This document shows, in pieces, positions 1 to 12,712 of a DNA stretch of 64,000 nt (its first letter is position 1; every line of letters starts with the position of its first letter). Source of the DNA: Octopus vulgaris. Lineage: Eukaryota. The stretch is from positions 105,772,001 to 105,836,000 of the forward strand of contig OX597816.1 of NCBI GenBank assembly GCA_951406725.2, given 5' to 3'. Below the pieces are notes generated by a model, which saw only the letters and a program-made list of their open reading frames with translations, was not told where the DNA came from and did not search any database. The translations under genes and the position numbers were made by a program.

Positions 1-217
1 CACACAATACTTATGTGTGTGCATGTTTATGCACAATAAAAATTGCCAAGTTGTTAAGATCCTGAACAGGTAGCTGAGATGTTCAGATGTAGTCATTGTT
101 TTCTATTAAATGATGCAGCTACCTAACCAAAAATAAATTCCATAAGATAGGAACAATTCACCTCTGTAAACAGAGGCAGCAAATAAAACTGATAAATGAG
201 TCAGTACTGCATTCAGA

Positions 218-563
218 CATGAAGGCATATGGCTCAGTGGTTAGAGGATTGGGCTGACAATCAAGAGGTAGTGAGTTTGATTTCTGGACCAGGCTCTGTG
301 TTGTGTTCTTGAGCAAGACACTTTATTTCACATTGTTCCAGTTCATTCAGCTGTGGTAATTAGTTGCAACGTCACTGTTCTCAAGCTCTATCGGCTTTTG
401 CCTTTCCTATGGATAACATCAATGGTGTGGAGAGGGGAGGCTGGTATGCATGGGTGACTGCTAGTTTTCCATAAACAACCTTGCCTAGACATGTGCCTCA
501 GAGGGGAACTTTCTAGGTGCATCCCATGGTCATTCATAACTGAAGGGAGTCTTTAACCTTTTA
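218..563 (+). mobile_element. tRNA-derived SINE, family A (full length, with TSD)
   Basis: A-box-like TGGCTCAGTGG and decayed B-box GAGTTTGATTTC, central GTGTTCTTGAGCAAGACACTT block, CTTTAACCTTTTA tail; exact 12-bp target-site duplication ACTGCATTCAGA at 206-217 and 564-575. Confidence 0.85.
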
Positions 564-770
564 ACTGCATTCAGATCTTCCTAGCTAGGGAAGGGTTTTG
601 CTCTGCTGAAATAATTCTTCGAAGATACACCACCATATAAAGATGAAGTTTTCAGTGAACTCTTACAATACAATATATTAAATTCTATGTGTAAATATAT
701 TCCATGTATGTATACAATCAGTGTATGCTTGTATTCCATGCATTGATGTGTTCAGTATATCTATATTATT

Positions 771-956
771 TTATTCTTTTATTTGTTTCAGTCATTTGAC
801 TGTGGCCATGCTGGAGTACTACCTTTAGTCAAGCAAATCGACCCCAGGACTTATTCAATCAGTCTCTCTTGCCAAACCACTAAGTGACGGGGATGTAAAC
901 ACACCAGCATCAGTTGTCAAGCAATGCTGGGAGGACAAACACAGACACACAAACAT

Positions 957-1001
<45 letters not shown>

Positions 1002-1163
1002 ACGGGCTTCTTTCAGTTTCTGTCAACCAAATCCATTCACAAGGCTTTGGTTGGTGCAAGGCTATAGTAGAAGACACTTACCCAAGGTGCCACACAGTGG
1101 GACTGAACCCAGAACCATGTGGTTGGTAAGCAGGCTACTTACCACACAGCCACTTCTGCGCCT
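771..1163 (-). mobile_element. tRNA/CORE-type SINE, family B (octopus OR-like), with internal (TA)n
   Basis: Minus strand reads GGCGCAGAAGTGGCTGTGTGGTAAG...GGGTTCAGTCCC...CACCTTGGGTAAGTGTCTTCTAC (Pol III boxes plus CORE-like block); homologous to many other copies in the window. Confidence 0.85.
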
Positions 1164-1604
1164 ATAGTTGAATATGTATGAATATATGACATCTGTGTAT
1201 GATACTACATGACATCTATGTATCATATATCTTTGTATTTGAAACCCAAGTGTATTAATAATTATTCATTCACTGTATTTTACATTGCTCTGCAAATACA
1301 CTGCAACCCTATCTCTTTATGACTATTTTATGTATCTTGGAATGATATGTACATATTTAAACATGACTGTTTGCTTCTGATTTATACGCACTTTTCCATA
1401 AGAGTTGGATGGCTTCACAGTGCTACTATGAAAGTTTTATTAATTATGTTGACTGAGGCCAGTAAAATAATGTTTCTTGGTTTGTGGTTTAACATACTGC
1501 CAAATGAATGGGTAAAATTCATTTCATTTAAATGAGTACAATATACATTAATTATATGACTATCTCAATTCATATTTATAAATATAAACAGACACACTTT
1601 TTAA

Positions 1605-1975
1605 TTTCCTTTTACTGGTTTCTTTCAGTGGACTGTGGCCAAACTGGGCCACTGCTTTCAAAGGTTTTAGTCAATCATATCATTCCTAATACTTATTTCC
1701 ATCTGGTACATATTTTACAATCATTATTTGCTGAACTGCTAAGTTGCAAGATGCATAAACAATCACATGGTTTTCACACACACACATATGCACACACAAA
1801 CACACACACAGGTATATATGGCAAGCTTCTGTACAGGTACTATCTACAAAATTCTGTTGATAAGGTATTGATCAACCGGATTCTACAGTAGGAGACACTT
1901 TCTCAAGGAGTACATGTGGGATCAAACCAGAAACCAAATGATTGTAATTCATACTTCTTAAGCATATAGCCATGT
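1605..1975 (-). mobile_element. Family B SINE, strongly decayed
   Basis: Collinear but diverged match to 771-1163 (gactgtggcc, gaactgctaagtt, gtaggagacactttctcaagg). Confidence 0.7.
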
Positions 1976-2162
1976 CTATCTGTATACTAGAGTGCTGTCC
2001 CTTATATGGCAGGCAACATAAGGTATATACTTTCACCACTTTTGTAAGTAACATCAATTAATGTTATAAAGATACAGTAATTTCAATTTTACATTTATGA
2101 ATTTGTTTCCAAGATTCCTGATATGAAATCATGTGTTGAAAAAGATATTGTTATATTTCAAG

Positions 2163-2567
2163 ATTCTTTTATTCTTTTACATGTTTCAGTCATTTGACTG
2201 CAGCCATGCTGGAGCTCTGTCTTAAAGGGTTTTAGTCAAAGAAATCAACCCCAGGACTTATTCCTTGTAAGCTTAGTACTTATTTTATTACCACTTTTAC
2301 TGAACTGCTAAGTTACTGGGACATAAACATACCTACATCAGTTGTCAAGTGATGATGGGGGGTATAAATACAGGCACAAAGACACACACACATAAATATA
2401 TATATACATAAGTTTCAGTTTCCATCTACCAAATCCACTCACAAGGCTTTTGTTGGCCCAAGACTATAGTAGAAGACATTTGCCCAAGGAGCCTTCACAG
2501 TGGGACTGAACATGGAACCATGTGGTTGGGAGGCAAGCTTCTTACCATACAGCCACACCTGCTCCTG
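2163..2567 (-). mobile_element. Family B SINE
   Basis: End-to-end similarity to 771-1163, including tttcagtcatttgactg and cagtgggactgaac. Confidence 0.85.
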
Positions 2568-2941
2568 TAACAGTCATTATTTTTTTCTTGCCAAATAAAC
2601 ACATGCACTATGCATGTATTTATTTGATGCATGTGTTTATTTTGCAAGAAAAAAGGGTGACCATCCTGAAATATAACAATTACAATATTACTTTTACTCA
2701 AATTTCATGGTTTTTATACAAAATAATGAATTTAATATAAATTTCCCAAAATAAAAATGTTTCTAAAATGACAATACAATCACATAAAACATACTACTCA
2801 TTTGTACATTTGCAATAAGTATATATTATCAATAACAATAATACTGTTTAACTATCAATTAATTACAGATGTAGGACCACTTGATATTATAGTGAAACAG
2901 AATATTCTTAACATTACCCCATAATATGACAAATAACACTT

Positions 2942-3080
2942 ATCATTGTCATTGTTGTCATTGTCATCATTCAATGTCTGTCTTCCATACTGGCTTGGGT
3001 TGGATGGTTTGACAGAATCCAGGGATCTGAAGGACTTCATTGAGCTTCAATGTCTACTTTGGCATGGATTTTGCAGATGG
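2942..3080 (-). mobile_element. 3' end of RTE-type LINE (5'-truncated)
   Basis: Decayed (CAT)n tail followed by cttccatactggcttgggttggatggtttgac, the same terminus as the RTE copy at 51292-51826. Confidence 0.65.
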
Positions 3081-3320
3081 ATGAACAACTTTATAGAGTG
3101 TATCAGATGCTTTACACACACACACATAGATGTTCAAGTACACATGCACACACCCAAAAAGAAAGAAGAAAGCAAAGGACCACTGATGAGGTCACAGAAG
3201 TGTGGCAAAAGAACTCTGACCGAAATATGATTTCAGCAAGTGAACACCAAATATATAGCGCATGTGTTTTTATTGGCTAACTGGCAACATGACCATCCCC
3301 AAACACAGCAATAGACACAA

Positions 3321-3383
<63 letters not shown>

Positions 3384-3384
<1 letters not shown>

Positions 3385-3685
3385 CTTTATATATAAAAGT
3401 GAAGTTGTGTGAGTGTCTGTCTCCTACGATTGAGATTCCTAACTACTCCCACATTTTGCAGTGCAGTTTAACCAAAAGCGGGTATCTTATAGTCGTGATT
3501 CATATCGAGCCCTTATGGGTATTAGCGCACGTCTACGATGAGTCTACGATTTAAAAAAAATTTTACCATCATTTTTTCCAATTTTAATGCATTTTTTAGC
3601 TATTATATAAGCGAAGTAACTCTCTAAAAATGCTTATATAGTTATTTCCCTTACAAACCCGAGCAACGCCGGGCGATACTGCTAG
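3384..3685 (+). mobile_element. Complete non-autonomous Helitron (302 bp)
   Basis: Starts TC (A|TCTTTATATATAAAAG), ends CTAG|T, with a subterminal GC-rich hairpin CCCGAGCAACGCCGGG at 3658-3673; no TSD; inserted between A and T of an (AT)n tract; CpGs retained. Confidence 0.85.
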
Positions 3686-4184
3686 TATATATATATATAT
3701 ATAAAATTTAACAGAAGAAATAAGTGTGAGGTGTGCTAGTGAAGTTTCACCTTCAATTAAATTTTGTATTTGTCTACACTTCTCTTCAGTACTTTTTCTT
3801 GTGCTAGTATTCATTAACATGGTTTCGCTTATTCAGTCCATGTGCATGCATGCATGTGTGTGTGTGTGTGTGTGTGTGTAATTAATGCATAGATATAAAT
3901 AGATCCAAAACATGTTTATTATAAAGTGAAGTGTCTGGCATATATATAAGTTAGTAGGAATGCAAATTTCAATGATTATCTGATAATCTCTGTAAATCCA
4001 AGTAAATATTAAATGTTAATTAACATTGACATTATTTAATATAAAGCTAGTTAATGATAGAGTCAGTGTTGAATTCATGACCTTGCATAATAGTTAATCA
4101 AAAGTCCTTACTGCACAAAATAATATTTTTCTTGACAATGATAACCAGACAGAAATTATGAAAAGATTTATGAACTAACAAGGG

Positions 4185-4990
4185 AGCACTAGAAATAGCT
4201 ACCAAATTTCTCTCATAATAATAATCCTCCTGACTAAAGGAAGGACACATTAGATGATGTAATGTCTCAAAATAAGATGGGGATGGTCATCATTAGAATG
4301 TTTAATCATAGGCCTCTTAATTCAAGCTCACTTGTGGCCTGATAATAATAACAAAGCAATTACAATTTAACATTAGATGATAGAAGGAAAATTTTCTGTT
4401 GTCTTATTTACAATATTTTCCACAGAAAAAGAAAAATGAAAGTTAAGTGACACATCTAACTCACAAAGCTTCCTTCTGCAGTAGCAAAGCAGGGAGAGAA
4501 ATCTGAGAAACCCGATCAGTAGCTTCTACCGTAACACCACAAACACTGTTACTTAAATTGTTAGAAATAGAAATTAAATGTCCTTTAAATTACAACCTAC
4601 CACCACAATTAAGATAGACATTTTAGAGAATATGATCCTAGATACACTGCAAAAAGATGTATTGTCTGAATAATGGCATGATTGTCATATATGAGATTTC
4701 TTTGATCAAAGGTGAGGGCGAACAGCAACGACTACTAACTATAAAAATTATTGCTGTTGCATGTTTGCTTTTTCTTTTTCTGTCTGCTCATAAATGAAGT
4801 ATCTCAGGAGAAAAACAGATTTTAGCATCTTAAGTTATTCATTTTGCTTAGCTTCAGGTCAGCTCTGATTCAGCAGACCTACGATCAAAGACCATCTAAT
4901 TGTAACTATCCTATCTTAATTTTTTTATAAGATAGATTTGAAGATCTGGATGTTATCTCTAGCAGGTCAAGCAGCCACATAGTGGCTCCT
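4185..4990. repeat. Three copies of an old dispersed repeat family (two minus, one plus)
   Basis: Shared blocks like agacctatgatcaaagg and gagatttggctg-tatttctagcagg; further copies at about 7785-7960, 8125-8320, 12008-12200, 20260-20440, 24295-24480 and 45480-45845. Confidence 0.65.
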
Positions 4991-7524
4991 TTATTGATTT
5001 AGACCTGTTGTTGGGTTGTGTCAGCTTAGGTTTTGCATGAAAATAACAAGCAATGATTTGACAATCATTTTGCAATGACAAGGGTGATGTTGGATGCACA
5101 TTCTTCCGTTTTATTATTAAAACTTTTTTAAATATTCTATTTATGATAAGTATTTGAATTCATTTTGCACTATTAACTATTAGACTCAAATATCCAAAAG
5201 TAACTGAATGTTTATGTACTAATGAGTGAAATTACTTCTATTGTATTTCATGTTTCATTTAACCAACTTCATTTATGTTTAAACTCTATGTTATACGGAA
5301 GCAGATTATAAAATACCCAGAAAATTTGTTTAAAAAAAGGCAAAATTTCAACACCTGCTCCAAAAGAAAAATTTGTTTTTGCTATTTATGTATTTATTTT
5401 GTGCCACTGGTTTAGTCAGGAGGAGGGAGGAACTTCAGAAGACCCAAATCTGGTGAGATAATGTGATTTGAGTTCAGCTTGAATATCTGTTAAGTTTCAT
5501 GTCTGCAGGAAGAACAGAAGCAAGAATAATATTCTAGAGAGTTGACATTGGGCAGAGTGGTCAGTTGGGAACATGAGCAACACAATGTGGAGAGATGAGT
5601 GTGTGTTAGATGGATGTGCATGGCATGCAAGTAGCAAGTTCTGATGAACCAAATCTGTTGTAGGAACAATAAAAAAAAAATGGCAGTATAAGATGGCAGC
5701 ATATCAGTTAGCTAACAGCTGTAGTGTGTTGGTGAAGGAGTTTCTGCTAATTAGTCAGTTGACAGTCTTTTGGATATGGTCTAATAATTATTGATAATAA
5801 AACACTTAGATTCCTAGCTTAGATAGTTTCCAAGATATCAAAAGAGATATTGAAGCAATCAACCAAGCAAACAATTAGACAAAGAAAAAAAATCATTTGG
5901 ATATTTCAAAAGGGAAGTAATGATGGTTGCAGTGTACAATTACTAACATCTCCAGACTGAGATGTAAAGTTCACAAAATGGAACAAATCTCTGTTAATGT
6001 GCTGTGCAAAGAGGCAGACTTTCTCTGAAACATTAAAACTCTCCTGTTCCAAGAGGACACCCTCTTATATTATTTTCTAAATTTTATAGAACTAGATGTT
6101 ATTGACACAGAACACCACTTGAATTCTTATGTTCTAATGTTTTACAATTACACTAGCATAAATCTTAAAAATACATTAGTATCCCTAAATATGTCTCTTA
6201 AAAATTATGCATTAGAAAAGAATTATTTTAACACTTTCAAGATTTATTAAATGTCATCAAACTAGTGAGCAATTTTTTAACCAAGTAAGAGAAAAATCTA
6301 AAATTTTCAACATACATCTTTTATTCTCCAGATATTTATAGGAATACTTACTTGCTTCTATTCTATTTTTAGAAGATGATTATGAAACATTGACGACTGA
6401 TTTAAGAATATTTCAATGTCACTTTCAATATACAAATGACTCTGCAATTACAAGCAGCCTCACTTTTTATTTCATTTCTATTTATCTCTTTCCCACATAT
6501 TCATTAACACTCTTTCACTTTTCTAACATTGGCTTTTCTTTTTTCTTTCTTTCCACATCAATTCCTCCAGCTTCTACTCAGTAATTCCCAATATTCCCAT
6601 GTGATAAATTTCATACTGGTAAATCTCAGACATATTTTCAAAATTGACAACTTGCCAAAAAACTTCACTAGAAAAAGAAGCTATTTTAAAAAATGGAGAA
6701 AAATTTTATTCGAAATATATGTATGAGTGCCTGTCATAAATAACACAGCAGAGCCTATTTGTATCAAAAATACTTGAAAACATTGACTATTCACAGACAT
6801 TATCTTAAATTAGAACAGGACTAAAAATACCTTATAGTATTTAGTTTTATCCTTCTATTTTTGTATTCAAATCTCACAAGGGTTGATTTTGCTTTTCTTC
6901 CTGCCAAAGTTGATAACATAAGTACCAGTCACATAATGGGGTTGAGTTATTCAACAATATCCTACTCACACAACCACTACAAATATGTGGTCTTATGCCA
7001 CTGTGAGAAATCAATATCATTTCTATCAAAGTAAAGTATATAATACATGCACTTTCAGCATAACCACACTCACCAGCAGTAACAATATTTTCATTTTACT
7101 AGCTCTACAGCAACAGACCATTACCAATAGGCAGAACATAAGAAAACCCCATCCCTACTGTTTAGAGATATATACTCTTTAGAATGATTTACCAGTCAAC
7201 AATCATGTTTATGACACTACAGTTAGTGGTTATATTTATAGCAATGCAATTAATGAATGATGATATTTATAGCACTAATAATCTGCATTAGTTGAAATTA
7301 GAAAAGCCGCAGCATTGAAACTTGGCATCCTTTTCAAAGTACAGTATCTGAGTAACAAATTATTATTGAAAGGGTGCAGGCATGACGGCATGACCATGTG
7401 GTTAAGGAGCTTGCTTTTTAATCATGTGATGCATATATAATTAGTATGTTTGTGTTTGCATGATACCTATATTGTGAAACGATAATTATTTGGGAAACTT
7501 AAATGTACATCATTATGAATATTT

Positions 7525-7669
7525 GAGAGAGAGAGAGAGAGAGAGAGTGTGCATATGTGTGTGTATGCATGTGTGTGCGTGTGTGTGTGTGCATGTACGT
7601 GTGTGCGTGTGTGTGCATGTACGTGTGTGCGTGTATGTGCATGTACGTGTGTTTGTGTGTGTGTGTGTA

Positions 7670-7701
<32 letters not shown>
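7525..7701. repeat. Compound (GA)n/(GT)n microsatellite
   Basis: Directly visible; includes a repeated gtgcatgtacgtgt subunit. Confidence 0.95.
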
Positions 7702-8799
7702 CCAGCCTTGGTAGTGAGGGTTATATTTTTACATATGGCACTTGTTTTCTTGTTTTGGTAACTGCTGTTGTTATTTATGCCTGACTAAGGCAAGCCTATG
7801 ATCAAGGGTGTTCCAGATATGACCATTACATCTTATATTAAGACAGTAAATCTAATACTACATTAGCCAATATGTCCTTCCATTTTTCAAATAGCAAAAC
7901 ATTATGAGGGAGATTTGATAGTTATTCCTAGTAAACTGATTGACCAAGTAAAGACTGTCTCACCGGCTTTGTAATAACATGTTTAGCTATGTATTTTTAG
8001 ATGCCAGCATGGAACGCAGACGTTAAACGATGATGATCTATGATGTTATTACTGTGAATCTTGCTGGTGTCAGTGATTTACAGGCTTCTTTTGTTGTTGA
8101 TGCTGTTCTTGTTCTTGTTTACTCCCAGGTCAGTTCAGTTCAAGCAGATCTATGATCAAAGGCATTCAAGCTATGAACAATCAATCTTTTTGTGTATCAA
8201 GGACTACATTATTTAAAGTGTCCTTTTTTTTTTAAGACACAAGGTTGCAATTTGAGGAATATTTGGCTGTGATTTCTAGCAGGGCTAGTGACTATACAGA
8301 AAACACCCTTGCTAGCTTATTGTTATTCATGATGCATTTGGAGACATTGAAAATGTTTGCTCTTCTAAATGTGTTAATGGTGGTGATTTGGTATGTGATT
8401 TAGTGAGTGTGGATAGGTGGGGGTCACTTGTAGACTTGTTATTTTCATTGTGTATAGCTAACATTTATAAATGAGTTTCTAATGGGATTATGTATAGTCC
8501 TTTGTTGCTGGTTGAAATCACATGGTATTTTTTTATCGATTATATATGCATTTAGTTATGTATGGTGAGAGGAGACCAAATAGAATTTGCATATCCCAAT
8601 ATAGTTGCTTTGTAAGATTAATTTCTTTGTATTAACCACAAATGAAGGATATTTTTTTCTCTTCTGTTGTTTTCTGCATATTCCATAAAAATATTATGTG
8701 GCAGTTTTGAGTCAGAACTGAGTGCCAGCCCTTCCAGATCCTTCCAGTGAAGAAATACATAAAATGTATTTCTTCACTGCTTGTGTAAAGTGGTGCAAA

Positions 8800-8880
8800 T
8801 TCCTTTGGATATTTTGCATGTTCCTTTGGATACTTTGCATGTTCCTTTGGATATTTTGCAAGTTCCTTTGGATATTTTGT
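8800..8880. repeat. 21-bp minisatellite, about 3.9 copies
   Basis: Unit TTCCTTTGGATATTTTGCATG at 8800, 8821, 8842 and 8863 (partial), each with at most one or two substitutions. Confidence 0.95.
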
Positions 8881-9793
8881 ATACTGAGAAAAGCATGAAT
8901 TTAGTTGTGCTCAGTTGTGTATGTGTTTGCATGTGTGCATACGAGATGAGTTTGTGTGTGAGTGCATGGATATATCTGTATATATGCATGGTTTTATGAT
9001 GTATGCACATGTTTAATATAAGTTTCATATGTGTATATAGTAAAATTGCTTATTTATATTTATATAAAAGGATGGAATAAATAACTCAGATGTCTTAATG
9101 TTAAAAAAGAAAGAGAAGATAATACTTTCCTTTGGGGTTCCATACTTTTTTCTTTGGTGGTTTGGAAGGTAGAGTAAAGATGTATGTGTTTTACTTCCTG
9201 AAATAAAGTGTATTTTATTATGGGATTGTGTCTTTATAAGCTTTTATAAAGTATGCACATGATAGCTATTTTGAACAGTTGAAGACAAAGTGATTTTGTT
9301 CAAGCCCCAGATGATTCAGGGCCTTATATCTTGTCACAAGCTTGAGTTGTGTAAAAGCATAGATTTTCTCTGTAGGTAGATGGAAAGCAGATGGTACAGT
9401 TAGTAGGACATTGACTAAAATACATTGCCTACTTGGTTACCCCACTTTACATTTTGAGTACAAATCCCACCTTGGTCAACTTGGCCTTTCATTCCTCTGA
9501 GCTTCATAAAATGCTAGTCAAACATAAGGTCAGTGTCATTTACTATACCCTTGAAAGTGATGCTTCAGCATGTTTACATCCCAGTGACTAAAACAAGTAA
9601 AAAATATTGAATGAATATTGTTATTACAAGCCAAGGGAATCTAAGGAATCTATATAAATCTCATTTCTGATTTGTGCTAAAGTATCCTTACTTAACTATG
9701 ACCAAATACAAATGGTAACAATTTCACTCAGTAAACAAGACTCCTACATTTTATATTTATTTCACCATCATTATTTAATTAGCACTAAAATAA

Positions 9794-9979
9794 CTAAACA
9801 ATGAACTCTAGAATGATTGGAAACATCTTGAAATCTTGTGATAGTTCAAACAGTGCAAGAGACTTTTGTCCCCACTGGTTCACTATCACTGCCACTGTCT
9901 CTTCTGTGTCTAGCTTTGTGCTGCTGAATAATTGTTCAAATTCATGTGAACAGAGGAAGCATAACTCAATAAATAACAC
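9794..9979 (-). CDS. Candidate terminal coding exon of a minus-strand host gene
   Basis: Acceptor ttctctgacttttatAG directly precedes a phase-0 open frame VLFIELCFLCSHEFEQLF...LFELSQDFKMFPIILEFIV* in non-repetitive sequence. No transcript evidence. Confidence 0.45.
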   Translation of the reverse strand: MLFIELCFLCSHEFEQLFSSTKLDTEETVAVIVNQWGQKSLALFELSQDFKMFPIILEFIV

Positions 9980-10470
9980 CTATAAAAGTCAGAGAATTTA
10001 TAATAAACTGGAAATTGGTAATTTATTTAAAATATGCATATTTCTTAAAGAGTGATGCACTGAATGCAAAAGAATCCTTTATAAAAAATTTCTGCCTTAG
10101 CAAAAATAAACTAAATTGAACAGCACTTGTTAGTGATTCTCAAAGAAGAGGGGTGATAATTTCAATAAACTACAAAAGTTCTCAAATTAATTCAAATAGA
10201 CTGTCTGATCTTTGTTTGTAGGTAAGAGACAACCAAGGGTACATTTAAGTCTATTAAACCTCATCAGAGGAGTATAATCTACCCAACTCACCAGATCAGT
10301 GGATAGAATTATACATATAGAAGAAGATATATGAATATTCTGGGCCAGAATAATTTCTTAAATGATTATTTCATGATTTTTTGTCCCCGTGGTACCTCAA
10401 CAAACTATAAGCATGACATTTTAACATGCAAAATGTTTTATTTAGAACTTGATGGCGTCATATTCCTCTA

Positions 10471-10610
10471 TGTGGAGGCACATGGCCTAGTGGTTAGAGC
10501 AGCATACTCGAAATTGAGAGATCGTGGGTTTGAATCTCAGACCGGGCAATCTGTGTATTTTATGAGCGAAACACCTAAGCTCCACGTGACACCAGCAGAA
10601 GGTAATGATG
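10471..10610 (+). mobile_element. 5' part of a further tRNA-derived SINE
   Basis: GGCACATGGCCTAGTGGTTAGAGCAGC...GTGGGTTTGAATCTC is a tRNA-like head with A/B boxes; the acceptor stem does not close, so it is not a tRNA gene. Confidence 0.7.
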
Positions 10611-10710
10611 ATACACAAGTAGTATCTTCTGAGTTCTATCATCAAATGTTTAAAACAGAATAAACATGTAAAAGATAGCATTTGAGTTTTCTGCTTGTTT
10701 TACTCCTACT

Positions 10711-11110
10711 AGATGCAGGTGTAGTTGTGTGGTAAGATATTCTCAATCACATGGTTACGGGTTCAGTCCCACTGCATGGAACTTAGGACATGTGTCCTTC
10801 TACTATAGCCTCAGGCTGACCAAGGCCTTGTGAGTGGAATTGGTAAACGAAAACTGAAAGAAACCCATTGTGTGTGTGTGTGTGTGTGTGTCTGTGTGTG
10901 TGTGTGTTTGTTTCTGTTCCTCATCACTGCTTGACAACTGGTGTTAGTGTGTTTGCGTCCCTGTAACTTAGCCATTTAGCAACACTAACCAATAAAATAA
11001 GTACCAGGCTCCAAAAAAAACATAAGTACTGGGGTCAATTCATTCAACTAAAAATTCAAGACAGTACTTAGGCATGGCTACAATCTAATGACTGAAACAA
11101 CTAAAAGATA
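10711..11110 (+). mobile_element. Family B SINE with internal (GT)n
   Basis: Reverse-complement match to 771-1163. Confidence 0.85.
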
Positions 11111-12614
11111 TCCTTTATTGTATTGCAAATGGTATGGTTAAAATTTGCATGTGTAAATTTTTTTGTACAAGAATTTAACTGTTTTGTAGGCAGGACTGCA
11201 AGTTTGGGGAATTCACTTTGTGAATACATAGATTTTAGTTTCATTCTCACTGCATGGCACACTGGGCAAGAATTTTTTCTACCATATCCATGGGTTGACC
11301 AAAGTCTTGTGACTGAAATTTAATAAACAAAATCTCAGTGGGAGTTTGAAGAGACCATGACTTGTTTTTTTCTCTTTTTTGGTTTAATGCCATAATCTTC
11401 CACTTGGATCATTTTAGCAAAGTCCACTCTTTTGTAAGCAATTGGATTGGGTCACTGGTCTGAAGGTAACTTTCTCTCTTCCTTCCACCCATCATGGAGG
11501 AAGTTCTGAAAAATGTCATGGAGGCTGCTCATTCTCATATGCCAAATTCATTAAAAAAAATTAAAAGAAAATATCTTGCAGTTATGTCTTTGTGGTAATC
11601 ATATAAATAAACTTCATCTTTTAGAAAACAGAATGTTCCTAAAAAAATTCTTATCTGAGGCAATTGATCTCTAGATACTGTTATTATCTTATATATATAT
11701 ATAAATATAAATCTTTGGTCAAATGAACTTTTAGTATGGATACTATGAATGGTAATTTAAATGGTAACCCACACATACAATATATCCCATATGATTTTAT
11801 TTCCAATAAGTTATTTGTAGCTCTTTTATTGGTTCAGACAATTTGGTGTAGTCGTATTGACTAATCAGTAAAATATAAAAAGAGAGCGAGAAATACAGTC
11901 TCATAAGTGCCTTGCCAATAATTGTCTAAATAAATTTATCCTGCATTTTGATAGTAGTTTCTTTTTTATCATTCAAATATTTGGTTGTTGTTGTTGTTAT
12001 TCTTTAGCTACAGGTCAGCATAATCAACCAAACTTCTGGTCAAAAGCATTCTAGCCATGATCATCCTGTCTTTTTCTTTCAAACATAGTTTCATCTGATG
12101 TGTTTTTCTCCTTTTAAGAGAGAGGACGTAATTTTTATTTGCACCAAAAATTTTCCAAATATGCAGCGAACAGGTTGACAACAAGTTTATCAAGACACAT
12201 ATGGCATTTAAAAGAAGGAGGTTCACCTCTTTTAAAATACAATAGTCAGCTTTGGTAGAAAAAAAAAAAAAAAGCTATCACATTCAGGCATGGAATATGC
12301 CAGAATTTCATAAGATGTCCATTGTGCTTAAGTGAAAAGTACTTTATCCTATTTTAGGGTAAATCTGCATTGAACTAAACATTTGAGTTTTTGAGCTATG
12401 GACTCTCTTCAAAATTTTCGATTTCTAAGCTTTTACCATTGAAAGGCTAAACAACTTACAAAAGCTTTGCCAGATCTCATTGCTCAAGATATATGTTACG
12501 TACACATTGATTATTATTTATTATTATCTATCATTAGATATTTTCACTTTATTTCAACACTCATGCTCTATGTAAGTATACATATAAATGTGTATGTATG
12601 TAGGTATGTATATG

Positions 12615-12712
<98 letters not shown>

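Noticed and set aside
5417-5530. Possible plus-strand micro-exons (QEEGGTSEDPNL, EEQKQE*)
   Set aside because: Needs a ~56-nt intron and has no supporting neighbours; compatible with chance.
8800-8880. CRISPR-like repeat array
   Set aside because: Units are directly adjacent with no spacers, in eukaryotic context; an ordinary minisatellite.
10471-10560. Possible tRNA gene
   Set aside because: The cloverleaf does not close and it continues into repeat sequence; treated as a SINE head.
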